Shown: positions 18,806 through 28,348 of the stretch, piece after piece
How positions within the stretch are numbered: the first letter of the stretch is position 1
Layout of the letters: the number at the start of each line of letters is the position of its first letter
IMG/VR virus record: IMGVR_UViG_3300016476_000174
Coordinates: 1 to 64,000 of that record
Strand: one strand, 5' to 3'
Origin: a virus
Length of the DNA: 64,000 bases
The notes under the pieces: generated by a model
Told to the model about the DNA's origin: nothing
The model's database searches: none
The model's input: only the letters and a program-made list of their open reading frames with translations
Made by a program: the position numbers and the translations under genes

Positions 18806-18902
18806 GCAAGATTGGGATATTATATTTCTATGGATTATAATAGCTGCAGTAATGCTTACACTGTTTTATAACTTTATAAAATGGATAAACCAATCAATAT
18901 GA
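18792..18902 (+). CDS. 36-aa membrane peptide (not in ORF track)
   Basis: MKQSKQDWDIIFLWIIIAAVMLTLFYNFIKWINQSI; stop overlaps next ATG (ATGA). Confidence 0.5.
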   Translation: MKQSKQDWDIIFLWIIIAAVMLTLFYNFIKWINQSI

Positions 18903-19369
18903 AAGTAAGCTTTGACTTTGACGGTACTTTAGAACGAGAAGATGTTCAGGAGTACGCTAAAAAACTTATAAAATTAGGTATAGAAGTGTGGGTTGTAACT
19001 ACACGTTATGATTCTAACCATCAACACAAATGGTTTAAAGCATTTCCAGAAGAACTATGGGCTCAAATTACTAGTAACACTACTGGTGATCCAAACTTTG
19101 GTTTGTGGGGTGTTGTAGAAAAGCTAGGTATACCTAGACACCATGTACGTTTTACATGTATGGAATGGAAATACAAGTACTTAGACGGTACTAAGTTCTT
19201 ATGGCACTTAGATGATAATCCAGAAGAGATGTATCAAGCTAAAGTTAACCATCTTAAAGTACCTATGATCCAAGTAGAGTCTAACTCTTGGCAAGAAAAG
19301 TGTGACAAGATTATCAAAATTAAAAATGATGAGATGTTAGCTAACATGCAAGAAGAAACAGAAGAATAA
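18899..19369 (+). CDS. HAD-superfamily hydrolase
   Basis: SFDFDGTL, VVTTR and HLDDN motifs; likely start 18899. Confidence 0.8.
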   Translation: MKVSFDFDGTLEREDVQEYAKKLIKLGIEVWVVTTRYDSNHQHKWFKAFPEELWAQITSNTTGDPNFGLWGVVEKLGIPRHHVRFTCMEWKYKYLDGTKFLWHLDDNPEEMYQAKVNHLKVPMIQVESNSWQEKCDKIIKIKNDEMLANMQEETEE

Positions 19370-19389
19370 ACCCTTAAATACACTATATA

Positions 19390-20385
19390 ATGAGCACTGA
19401 AGACAAGAAAAGAAACATCTTTGAACCTAGAGTTAACATTCTACCGTATGAGTATCCTCAGCTGTTAGCATATAAAGATGCTATCCGTCACTCCTATTGG
19501 ATTGATACTGAGTATAACTTTACTACAGATATTGATGACTTTAGAGTTAAGGTGACAGATGAAGAAAGAGAGGTAATCAAAAAGACTATGTTAGCTATTG
19601 CTCAGATAGAAGTTAATGTTAAGACTTTCTGGGCTGACTTGTATAAAAGAATGCCCATCACTGAAGTAGGTGATGTAGGTATGACATTTGCAGAGTCAGA
19701 AGTAAGACACAAAGATGCATATGCTAGATTACTTAGAATCTTAGGACTTGAAGATGAGTTCAAAACTGTAGTGGATATACCGGCAATCAAAGGAAGGATA
19801 GACTATCTAAAGAAATACTTAGATGGTTCTCGTAGTAAAGACAATAAAATGTATACTAAGAGTGTTCTTTTATTCTCACTGTTTATTGAGCATGTAAGTT
19901 TATTTAGCCAGTTCTTGATCATGATGTCTTTTAACAAAGAAAAGAATGTATTTAAAGGTATCTCTAATGTAGTAGAGGCTACTTCTAAAGAAGAAGATAT
20001 CCATGGTAATTTTGGAGCTGAGTTAATTAATATTATTAAATCAGAAAATCCAGAATGGTTTGATAAAGAGTTTGAAGACTTAATTTATTCTGCTTGTAAC
20101 AAAGCATACTTAGCTGAGTGTGGTATTCTAGATTGGATCTTTGAAAAAGGTGAGCTTAGCTTTCTTCCTAAAGAAACTATCAAAGCATTCATCATGAATA
20201 GATTTAATAACTCTTTGGCTAAGATCGGCATGAATCCACTATTTACAGTAAACAGTAAACAGTTGGAAGAAACACACTGGTTTGATGTAGAGATTACAGC
20301 TACTAAGGAGGGAGACTTCTTTTACAAGAAACAAATTGACTATAATAAAAAATCTAAAGCAATCACAGAAGATGACCTATTCTAA
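19390..20385 (+). CDS. nrdB: Ribonucleotide reductase class Ia beta subunit
   Basis: QIE, SEVRH.DAY (radical Tyr), IEHVSLFSQF, EEDIH and DFF motifs. Confidence 0.95.
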   Translation: MSTEDKKRNIFEPRVNILPYEYPQLLAYKDAIRHSYWIDTEYNFTTDIDDFRVKVTDEEREVIKKTMLAIAQIEVNVKTFWADLYKRMPITEVGDVGMTFAESEVRHKDAYARLLRILGLEDEFKTVVDIPAIKGRIDYLKKYLDGSRSKDNKMYTKSVLLFSLFIEHVSLFSQFLIMMSFNKEKNVFKGISNVVEATSKEEDIHGNFGAELINIIKSENPEWFDKEFEDLIYSACNKAYLAECGILDWIFEKGELSFLPKETIKAFIMNRFNNSLAKIGMNPLFTVNSKQLEETHWFDVEITATKEGDFFYKKQIDYNKKSKAITEDDLF

Positions 20386-21997
20386 CTATTATTGGCTTAA
20401 TGATGAAAGCCGCAAGTTCCTCTCAAGAGGTTATATTACAGAGTCCCCAGAACAAAGAATTAAAGACATAGCTAGGACAGCTGAGAAGTATCTTGGCATC
20501 CATGGTTTTGCACAGAAGTTTGAAGACTATATGGCTAAAGGTTATTATAGTCTTTCTACACCAGTGTGGATTAATTTTGGTAAGCAGAAAGGTTTACCCA
20601 TCAGTTGTTACGGATCTAACGTTGACGACAATCTAGATAGCATTCTTAATGCAGGTCGTGAGATTGGTATGATGTCTAAATATGGTGGAGGTACTAGTGT
20701 ATACTTAGGAAACATCCGGGCCCGTGGTACTGTAATCTCTACAGGAGGTACAGCAGATGGACCTGTACACTATGCACGTATATACGATACAGTAGTAGAT
20801 GTTTGTAAACAATCAGAAGCAAGACGTGGAGCATGTGCTGCATATTTACCAGTAGAACATCCAGACATCTTAGAATTCTTAGACATTGGTACAGAAGGCA
20901 ATCTTATTCAGAATCTTCAGTATGGTGTAACAGTTGGTAACGCATGGCTTGAAGACATGAAAGCCGGTGATCCAGACAAGCGTAAGATCTGGGCTAAGAT
21001 TATTCAGAGACGTAATGAGTTTGGTTTCCCTTACATTATGTTCAAGGATAACTCTAATAACAACTCTCCTTATAAAGAAATAGGCTTAGAAATTACAGCT
21101 AGTAATTTATGCTCTGAGATCCAACTTCCTACAGACAGTTACAACTCTTTTGTATGTTGTCTAGGGTCCCTAAATCTACTACACTGGGATAAGATTAAAC
21201 AGACAGATGCTATTGAAACTTATACACTATTTCTTAATGCAGTGATTGATGAGTTTATTACTAAAGCTGCTACACTTCCAGGGATGGCAAGGGCCCACAG
21301 GTTTGCAGAACAACATAGAGCTATTGGTCTTGGTGTATTAGGATTTCATTCTTACTTACAATCTAAGCTTGTAGAGTTTGAATCTATGCAGGCTAAAATG
21401 ATGAACGTAGATATCTTTAAGACTATTAAAGAAAGATCTGACGCTACATCTAAAATGCTATACGATGAGTATGGGTATATTTCTCTTAGAGAAGGATATG
21501 CTAATACTACTCTTGTAGCTATAGCTCCAACTAAGTCTAGCTCATTCATTCATGGACAAGTGTCTATGGGTATTGAGCCTATCAAGTCTAACTACTTTAT
21601 AAAAGACTTGGCTAAGAGTAAAACTGTGTACAAGAATCCTTTTTTAGAAGAAGAGCTTGAGAAGTATGGTCTTAACACACCTGAGACTTGGGAAAGCATC
21701 TTAAAGAAAGATGGTTCTGTACAACACTTAGACTTCCCTACTAAAGAGGTATTTAAATCCTTTATAGAGATTAGTCCTAAAGAGATTATTATACAAGCTG
21801 CTGCAAGACAAAAGTTTATTGACCAGTCTCAATCTTTAAATCTAATGATCCACCCTTCAGTTCCAGCTAAGGACATTAACCAGTTATATTTGTTTGCTCA
21901 TGAACAAGGAGTTAAGACTCTATACTATCAGTTTAGTATAAGTAGTGCTCAATCATTTGCAAGAAACATACTAGAATGTGCAAGCTGTGAAGGATAA
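20372..21997 (+). CDS. nrdA: Ribonucleotide reductase class Ia alpha subunit
   Basis: PISC, SNLCSEI, AIAPT.SSS, DQSQS.N, KTLYY and C-terminal CASCEG; likely start 20372. Confidence 0.95.
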   Translation: MTYSNYYWLNDESRKFLSRGYITESPEQRIKDIARTAEKYLGIHGFAQKFEDYMAKGYYSLSTPVWINFGKQKGLPISCYGSNVDDNLDSILNAGREIGMMSKYGGGTSVYLGNIRARGTVISTGGTADGPVHYARIYDTVVDVCKQSEARRGACAAYLPVEHPDILEFLDIGTEGNLIQNLQYGVTVGNAWLEDMKAGDPDKRKIWAKIIQRRNEFGFPYIMFKDNSNNNSPYKEIGLEITASNLCSEIQLPTDSYNSFVCCLGSLNLLHWDKIKQTDAIETYTLFLNAVIDEFITKAATLPGMARAHRFAEQHRAIGLGVLGFHSYLQSKLVEFESMQAKMMNVDIFKTIKERSDATSKMLYDEYGYISLREGYANTTLVAIAPTKSSSFIHGQVSMGIEPIKSNYFIKDLAKSKTVYKNPFLEEELEKYGLNTPETWESILKKDGSVQHLDFPTKEVFKSFIEISPKEIIIQAAARQKFIDQSQSLNLMIHPSVPAKDINQLYLFAHEQGVKTLYYQFSISSAQSFARNILECASCEG

Positions 21998-21998
21998 G

Positions 21999-22032
21999 AA
22001 AAAGGAGAGCTAACCACTCTCCTTTTTTATTT
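21999..22032 (+). terminator. Intrinsic terminator
   Basis: AAGGAGAG-CTAACCA-CTCTCCTT followed by a T tract. Confidence 0.8.
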
Positions 22033-22046
22033 AAACAACATACAAA

Positions 22047-22448
22047 ATGATAACAGACATATTAGAAGATAGACGAAAAGACCAAGCTCCTAGGTTCTTT
22101 TTACATGATGAAATGGTTATTTGGTTACGAGATCAGTTGCGTATATCTATATCTGATCAGCAATACGATGACCAATGGGTAGATTCTGTAGCAGAAGCAG
22201 GAACTCCATATGCTTATAGAGAGCAATTAAAACTATCAGGTAAAAGAGGTATATATATTACACCTTTGATAGCTGGTGCTCATATACAAAGTAACGGTTT
22301 TGAAATAGATTTGTCTCCATATAGAACTGTCATAGTTTCTCTTACAAAAAGAGTACAATATTTAGAGCAATGTAACCAAGATTTACGTACCTTTATAAAC
22401 AATTTAGAAACAAGAATTCAAAAATTAGAACAACATGCAAACATTTGA
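22047..22448 (+). CDS. Hypothetical protein
   Basis: 133 aa with C-terminal coiled coil. Confidence 0.55.
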   Translation: MITDILEDRRKDQAPRFFLHDEMVIWLRDQLRISISDQQYDDQWVDSVAEAGTPYAYREQLKLSGKRGIYITPLIAGAHIQSNGFEIDLSPYRTVIVSLTKRVQYLEQCNQDLRTFINNLETRIQKLEQHANI

Positions 22449-22737
22449 CACATTGATTGAAAACGTAGTAGGCTGGGCAGCAGACAAGAATATCCTTAAG
22501 CCTGAGAACGCACCTAAGCAGATGCTTAAGGTGATGGAAGAGGTAGGAGAAACTGCTGGAGCTTTAGCTAAAAACAAACAAGAAGAGCTTAAAGATGGTA
22601 TTGGTGATTCTTTTGTAACACTAATCATTCTAGCTAAACAAGTAGGTATGGAACCTGCAGATTGTTTAGAAGCTGCTTGGAATGAAATCAAAAACCGTAC
22701 AGGTAAAACTGTTAACGGTGTATTTGTAAAAGATTAA
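22435..22737 (+). CDS. mazG: MazG-like NTP pyrophosphohydrolase
   Basis: KVMEEVGE...DGIGD...AWNEIKNRTGK..NGVFVK. Confidence 0.88.
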   Translation: MQTFDTLIENVVGWAADKNILKPENAPKQMLKVMEEVGETAGALAKNKQEELKDGIGDSFVTLIILAKQVGMEPADCLEAAWNEIKNRTGKTVNGVFVKD

Positions 22738-22740
22738 TCT

Positions 22741-23181
22741 ATGAAAAGAGCACTCTATTTAGATGACCAACGTACCCCAACGGAAACTATTCCGGGGTAC
22801 GAACCTTGGTTTGTAGTTAGAAATTATACTCAGTTTACTGAGTGGATTACTAACAATGGAATACCAGACTTAATATCATTTGACCATGATCTGGCTGATG
22901 AACATATGGATGATTACTTTAGACAGAAACTAGCACTAGGATATCAGCATCCAACTTATGATGAATACACTGAGAAAACTGGTCTAGAGTGTGCTAAATG
23001 GTTAGTGGAATACTGTCAACAGAATAATGTACCTTTAAAAGGATGTTCTGTACATAGCCACAATCCTGTTGGAGCTAGTAATATACATAGCTTAATTAAC
23101 GGATTTAAAAAATATATGGGTTTACCAGAAGATTGTTACATTGGTAGGCACCCATTTACAACAGAAACTAAAACAAAATAA
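22741..23181 (+). CDS. Cyclic-phosphate-processing receiver (cREC)-like protein
   Basis: LYLDDQR.P, ISFDHDL, TGLECAKWL and VHSHNPVG motifs. Confidence 0.8.
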   Translation: MKRALYLDDQRTPTETIPGYEPWFVVRNYTQFTEWITNNGIPDLISFDHDLADEHMDDYFRQKLALGYQHPTYDEYTEKTGLECAKWLVEYCQQNNVPLKGCSVHSHNPVGASNIHSLINGFKKYMGLPEDCYIGRHPFTTETKTK

Positions 23182-23182
23182 T

Positions 23183-23386
23183 ATGAGGATTGAAAAAATT
23201 CCAACAGTATCACTATCTTTCTTTAGTGCAGACAGAAGTCTGTTAGGTATAGAATGTGAGGTATTAAATATGTGTGACGGTATTAGACCAGACAAAAGTT
23301 TTATTTTAACTAGATATGCAAGTTTAAGTATAGGTCTAGTTATTATGACACTAACAGTTAATATAAAATTAAAGGGGGATAATTAA
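23183..23386 (+). CDS. Hypothetical protein
   Basis: Likely ATG 23183; last gene of the + block. Confidence 0.45.
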   Translation: MRIEKIPTVSLSFFSADRSLLGIECEVLNMCDGIRPDKSFILTRYASLSIGLVIMTLTVNIKLKGDN

Positions 23387-23398
23387 TCCCCCTTTTTT
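23371..23398. terminator. Likely bidirectional terminator between convergent blocks
   Basis: AAAGGGGGAT-AATTA-ATCCCCCTTT then TTT. Confidence 0.8.
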
Positions 23399-23399
23399 A

Positions 23400-26300
23400 T
23401 TAGTATCCTGGTTCTATTTTGATATCCCAGTCTTTTCTAAAGTCTTCATCGTAGGTAGCAAATAAAAGCATTCCTTCTTTAGCAATAGGGACCATCTTAG
23501 TAAAATACTTTAATGGTTTTGCAGAATCTGTCCACTTATCATTATTAGTTAATTGACCTCCTGCTTCTTTACTTAATGCACCTAAGAATCTAAACATATC
23601 TTCAGCCAAACTAATTACTGGTAATGGAGACTTAGTTAGTCTAGTAAACTCAATTGGGTTATAATAGAATGCAAATTCATTATAGTATTTCTTAAGAGCT
23701 CTAGATAAATACTGTTTCATTCCTTTATTTCTTCTATTACTATCATCTCCTGATACAATTGATAGAACAGCAGCTGCAAAAGATGTAAGAGTCATAAGCT
23801 CAGCTACCATAGAACGTAAGTTACCAATATGAATATCTATAAACTCACCTTCTGTAATAGTAAAGTCTTCTCCTTTCTCATATGCTTCACGTTTAAGTTC
23901 TTCATACTTATCTTTAGCTAATTGTACTGCATCATCACCAAAACCACTCATGATAGCTTTAAGAAGCTTAGGTAGTTTTTTACTAAACACATGACCAAAG
24001 AATGAATGGAATTTACCATATGTCCAGTTTTGTAACTCATCGTCATACTTAAGACCTTCAAATCTTTCTTCAATCATTTCTGGCATCCAAGATCTAAACT
24101 GCATTAGTGCTTGACCAAGTAGAGTAGTTCTAATATTGTTAATATCATCTTTAGATTGGTTACCAACAATACGCTTGTTAACACCTTTAATCTTATTTCT
24201 AAAATCAGAAAACTCTTCACTGTTCTTTTCTATACCAGGGATAGTAAAATTACCGTCTTTATCCATCTGACCTTTAACATAAACACTTTCTTTATCTTGA
24301 AGCTCACCAACTTCTTGGTCAATCTTCTTCATTAAAGCTTTACGCTCAGCACTAGATAGATTATAAAACTCATTATTGTAGTTATACTTAGCTTTAACAA
24401 ACTGCTGTATGTTTACAATCTTACCATCTTGAACCATATGCTCCATCATCATAGCAATAGCTACTGGATACTGTACAGCTTTATCACCCATACGCATCAT
24501 AATATAAGCATTCTCAGTAGTTAACACTCTATTAGCAGCAGATAAACTAAGCTCTTCTACCATAACGTTAGTATTACCTTCACCAAGTATATTCATATAT
24601 TTTAAAGCAGCCCAAGCTTTTTTACTTCCTGATGCAGTGTACATGGCTTTAGCCCATGTTCTATTAGTAAAGTAAATACCTTTCTGAGCCATAAACAAAG
24701 CATTACCTGTACCACCAACAAACTGTGCTGTACCAGATAATGGACTTAGTGCAAGTGTTTTAAGACTAAAGAATTTCATAGCAGCTTGTGCTGACTTTAG
24801 TAATGAGTATTCTTTACCAAGTATATTTAACTTAGCATCATTAAACTTACCACCAACTCTATCATACAAATAGAAATTTACAAACTCTTCAAAGATTTTA
24901 GCGTTTCTGTCATTATTATCTGCAGACTTAGCTTTACCATTTTCTATTTTAACATTACCAAACTGATCTGTAACTAAGCTTCTTTTGTTACGCTCTACGT
25001 CTAATAACATTTGGCTAGAGTCTTCTATATTATGCATAGCTTCATAGTTATACATATGAGCAGACCATACAGCAAATACTTTAAATAGATCTCTAGATTT
25101 CTTAGAGTAATCTACTTCTCCTGTTTCATCATTCTTTACTCCAATATCTGAGGTAAAGTATACAGGAATACGATTGATTACAGTACCATCTGTAGGATCA
25201 ATCTCTGGTGTATAGTTATTACCAGCATCTACTTGTAGGTTTTCAAATACTCCTTTTGTAGAGAAGATGTTTCTTATATCACCAAATGCAAACTGATCAA
25301 GTTTTGTAGCAAATACAGAAGGAATAAAGTTCTTAGATCTTTTATCTAACATACCTAAATCCTCAGCTTCATCAATTAATGTTTGGAAGAAATCATATAC
25401 ATCTTTAAGTGCTTGGTTTTCAGGCTTTTGTAAGTTTAACCACTTGTCTGTAAGCCATTGATCAGCAGGAGTTAAGTAATAGTTTTCAGGATTAAGAAGA
25501 GCTTTAACATTAACTGTACCATTATCATTAACTACTTTATAGTTAAGTTTCCACTCTTTAATTTTCTTCTCAACTATCTTTTCATTAACAGCTTCATCTA
25601 ATGCATAACTAATACTCTTAAAGTTTTCTATAGTTCTTTTTTCTGCAGCCTCATACTTCTCTTTATCATAGTTCATATTGTCTACAATCCACTTAGAGTC
25701 ACCAGCAAGTATAGCTTTTTTCTTTAACTCACCAAACTCAGACTTATACTTGTTTAAGAAGTTACCATTCCATTTACCATCTTTATCTATCTGAAGAAGC
25801 ATTTCCATAGCTTTATCTGCAGATAATCCTTTAGCATTAGCCCATGTAAGAAACTTCTTCTTTAGAAGAACCATTTTAGCTGCAGCTGTATCAAACTTAG
25901 CATCTCTATTATTTTGTGCAGTACGTAGAATTTTAGAAAATAATCTAAAGCTCTTTTGTGGTATATTACTAAGTGCACTAAATAATCCTCTATATAAATT
26001 AAGTGGAGCTTCAGCATCTAGAATATTAAATATACCATTACGCTTAGCTAAACCATCTGTTTGTTCTTTTCTATATACTTCTAAGTCAGAAATAAGCTTA
26101 CTAACTCTTGACGTCATAGTTAAGAACTTTTTATTAAGTTCTTCATATTCAGCAACAGCACCTTTCTTTTTACTGTTTTGAGCTACGTTAAAATACTGCT
26201 CTCTTAGATCATAAAGAAGAACACCTGATTCACCAAATACTTGTAGGATTTTAATAGCTTCTTGTAGTTCTTTACCACCTAAAGTTTTACTATCAAGCAT

Positions 26301-28346
26301 CTCTGCGTACTTCTTATACTCAAGAAGACCAAGTTCTACTAAACGATCTACTTTATTTTTAAGTTGTAGATCTCTAATAGCAACTCTAAGCTGACCTAGT
26401 TCTTCACGTTTCTTATATAGCTCTTCTTTAGTATATCTTGTCTTATCAATCTTGTCATAGATACCATTAAGCTTTTCTAAAAGGTTATCCATTTGCGTAT
26501 CCCCCGTACTTTCTGTACGAAGAGTAACAGGAAGTAAGTAGCTCTTATCATCCGGGATTAAAGTGGGGTCAATATTACCTACCTCTAGTTCTTTAATAGT
26601 ATCAATCTGACCGTTCTTAATAGTAAACTTAGTTCTCATTGGAATACTACGTATCTTTCCAAACTTTTGGAAACCGTACTGCAGCTGTAATATCTTACGA
26701 TAGTTCTCTAGCTGTATACGATACATAGTTTCTTTGTATGTCTTTAAGTCTGTTTGAGTCTTACCAACTTCTTGAGACTTCCAGTCATAGATATCTACAA
26801 CACCATTAGGTTGTACAACTAATAAGTCAATACTACCACCAATCTTAGCCTTCTGGTCAAACACTTTAACCTCAGCCATAAATGTTGTACCTGGTTCATA
26901 CTGAGCCATTACAGATTGAATGTAAGTGTTTAATCTAGTGTATACTGCTCCTGGTAGAATAATATCAATAGGACCTTGTACATCACGTTTAGTACCATCA
27001 TCATAAGTCCAGCTATTAACAATATTCTGAATCTGCTCATGGATTACATCACCAAACTCAGCTTTATTTAAATCAATAAGCTTTTGTTTTTCTGATCTCT
27101 GATCTGATCTAAATATTTTCTTAAGCCATCTGTCTACATATGTAGAAGTAACAGAGCCTTTAGCATTCTCTCCTTTATATTTGTAGATGTGTCTCTTCTG
27201 TCCAGTTCTAGGATCAATACTATTATCAAGATCAATATTAGCTTGATCTAGTTTAATTCCTTGCACAGGATCAACTAGCTGATAGTATTCTTCATCTAGT
27301 TCAATATCTGTATCTAGGAATTCTGTATTACCATCTAGAATATTTTCTGCAGCTGTTTCAAATGGGTTGTCTTCAGATTTATTAAAGATCTCTTTAACAA
27401 AATTCCAAAGTTTATTCCACCAGTTCATCAAGAAGTTAATACGTTCTTGTGTCTCAGATCCAGTTTGCATCTTAAGAATATGCTGAGCAATCACTCTACC
27501 AATAGCTTCTTTCTTAAGCTTGTCAAAGTTAATAGTACCGTCACTATTACGATACTCTCTTTTATTCTTATACTGTTCTACAGTGTCTGTATATATCTTA
27601 TATCCTGTAATCTTAGAGAACATCTCTTTAAATAAAGGATGCCCGGGGCCCAACATCTCAACAAAAAAGTGAGCTGCTTCTTCTGGTAACGTATCTAGTG
27701 ATTCTAAACCATCTACTACCTGAATAATCTTATTAAGCATACTAGCTTTAGCAGCAGCATCTTTAACTATATTTCCTTGAGCGTCTCTGATTACATTTAC
27801 AGATTGAATAGATACGCCAATCTTTTCTAAAAATTTAGTTATTTTAGTTTTTAGATCTTCTGGTTGAGTAAACTCTTCTACTGTTTCAGTGGTAACTGTT
27901 GGTTCTATTTCTTCCTTTGGCTCACGTATATCTGTAGTAAAAGGCGTATTAATAAGAAAGTCTTCATTAAGCTGTTCTACATTTGTCTCTAAAGCATTAT
28001 AAAACATTCTTACGTTACCATCCCTATCAGTAAATAAACCATTACTAAGTTTTGGCTCACCATTCTCATCTATATCTGTAGATACAAATTTAGCAATAGT
28101 CTCAAGAGTACCAGCATCCATGCCTGGGTCTTCACGTCTAATACGCTCAAGCCTTTCCCAATCACCAAACCAGTCTTTAAACTTAGTGGTATACACTTGA
28201 GCCCAAAGCTTAAGAGCATCCTCTTTATAAGCAGGCTGTCCTAAAATAGAAAGGATATCTTCAAAAAGTCTAGAGTCTTTACCGTTAGGAGCTAATACTC
28301 TTTCTACTTGTTTAGTCTCAGGATTACGAATTATACTACAACCCAT
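23400..28346 (-). CDS. Large virion cargo/ejection protein with PD-(D/E)XK nuclease and degenerate zincin-like domains
   Basis: APNG...FKDWFGDWE...DENGEP leader; LPEEAAHFF; GSIDLLVV...IYDWKS...QLENY; directly downstream of the RNAP gene. Confidence 0.75.
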   Translation of the reverse strand: MGCSIIRNPETKQVERVLAPNGKDSRLFEDILSILGQPAYKEDALKLWAQVYTTKFKDWFGDWERLERIRREDPGMDAGTLETIAKFVSTDIDENGEPKLSNGLFTDRDGNVRMFYNALETNVEQLNEDFLINTPFTTDIREPKEEIEPTVTTETVEEFTQPEDLKTKITKFLEKIGVSIQSVNVIRDAQGNIVKDAAAKASMLNKIIQVVDGLESLDTLPEEAAHFFVEMLGPGHPLFKEMFSKITGYKIYTDTVEQYKNKREYRNSDGTINFDKLKKEAIGRVIAQHILKMQTGSETQERINFLMNWWNKLWNFVKEIFNKSEDNPFETAAENILDGNTEFLDTDIELDEEYYQLVDPVQGIKLDQANIDLDNSIDPRTGQKRHIYKYKGENAKGSVTSTYVDRWLKKIFRSDQRSEKQKLIDLNKAEFGDVIHEQIQNIVNSWTYDDGTKRDVQGPIDIILPGAVYTRLNTYIQSVMAQYEPGTTFMAEVKVFDQKAKIGGSIDLLVVQPNGVVDIYDWKSQEVGKTQTDLKTYKETMYRIQLENYRKILQLQYGFQKFGKIRSIPMRTKFTIKNGQIDTIKELEVGNIDPTLIPDDKSYLLPVTLRTESTGDTQMDNLLEKLNGIYDKIDKTRYTKEELYKKREELGQLRVAIRDLQLKNKVDRLVELGLLEYKKYAEMLDSKTLGGKELQEAIKILQVFGESGVLLYDLREQYFNVAQNSKKKGAVAEYEELNKKFLTMTSRVSKLISDLEVYRKEQTDGLAKRNGIFNILDAEAPLNLYRGLFSALSNIPQKSFRLFSKILRTAQNNRDAKFDTAAAKMVLLKKKFLTWANAKGLSADKAMEMLLQIDKDGKWNGNFLNKYKSEFGELKKKAILAGDSKWIVDNMNYDKEKYEAAEKRTIENFKSISYALDEAVNEKIVEKKIKEWKLNYKVVNDNGTVNVKALLNPENYYLTPADQWLTDKWLNLQKPENQALKDVYDFFQTLIDEAEDLGMLDKRSKNFIPSVFATKLDQFAFGDIRNIFSTKGVFENLQVDAGNNYTPEIDPTDGTVINRIPVYFTSDIGVKNDETGEVDYSKKSRDLFKVFAVWSAHMYNYEAMHNIEDSSQMLLDVERNKRSLVTDQFGNVKIENGKAKSADNNDRNAKIFEEFVNFYLYDRVGGKFNDAKLNILGKEYSLLKSAQAAMKFFSLKTLALSPLSGTAQFVGGTGNALFMAQKGIYFTNRTWAKAMYTASGSKKAWAALKYMNILGEGNTNVMVEELSLSAANRVLTTENAYIMMRMGDKAVQYPVAIAMMMEHMVQDGKIVNIQQFVKAKYNYNNEFYNLSSAERKALMKKIDQEVGELQDKESVYVKGQMDKDGNFTIPGIEKNSEEFSDFRNKIKGVNKRIVGNQSKDDINNIRTTLLGQALMQFRSWMPEMIEERFEGLKYDDELQNWTYGKFHSFFGHVFSKKLPKLLKAIMSGFGDDAVQLAKDKYEELKREAYEKGEDFTITEGEFIDIHIGNLRSMVAELMTLTSFAAAVLSIVSGDDSNRRNKGMKQYLSRALKKYYNEFAFYYNPIEFTRLTKSPLPVISLAEDMFRFLGALSKEAGGQLTNNDKWTDSAKPLKYFTKMVPIAKEGMLLFATYDEDFRKDWDIKIEPGY

Positions 28347-28348
28347 AG

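Noticed and set aside
3638-21997. Inteins or further introns in dnaB, polB, nrdA or nrdB
   Set aside because: Lengths are compact, motifs are contiguous and no intein-like insertions are visible
542-22691. Opposite-strand ORFs such as 542-832, 2467-2736, 10496-10744 and 22425-22691
   Set aside because: They overlap well-supported genes on the other strand
12385-27652. GGGCCC-containing GC-rich spots near 12390, 20720, 21291 and 27646
   Set aside because: All lie in coding sequence at Gly/Ala/Arg/Pro codons with no shared flanks or spacing
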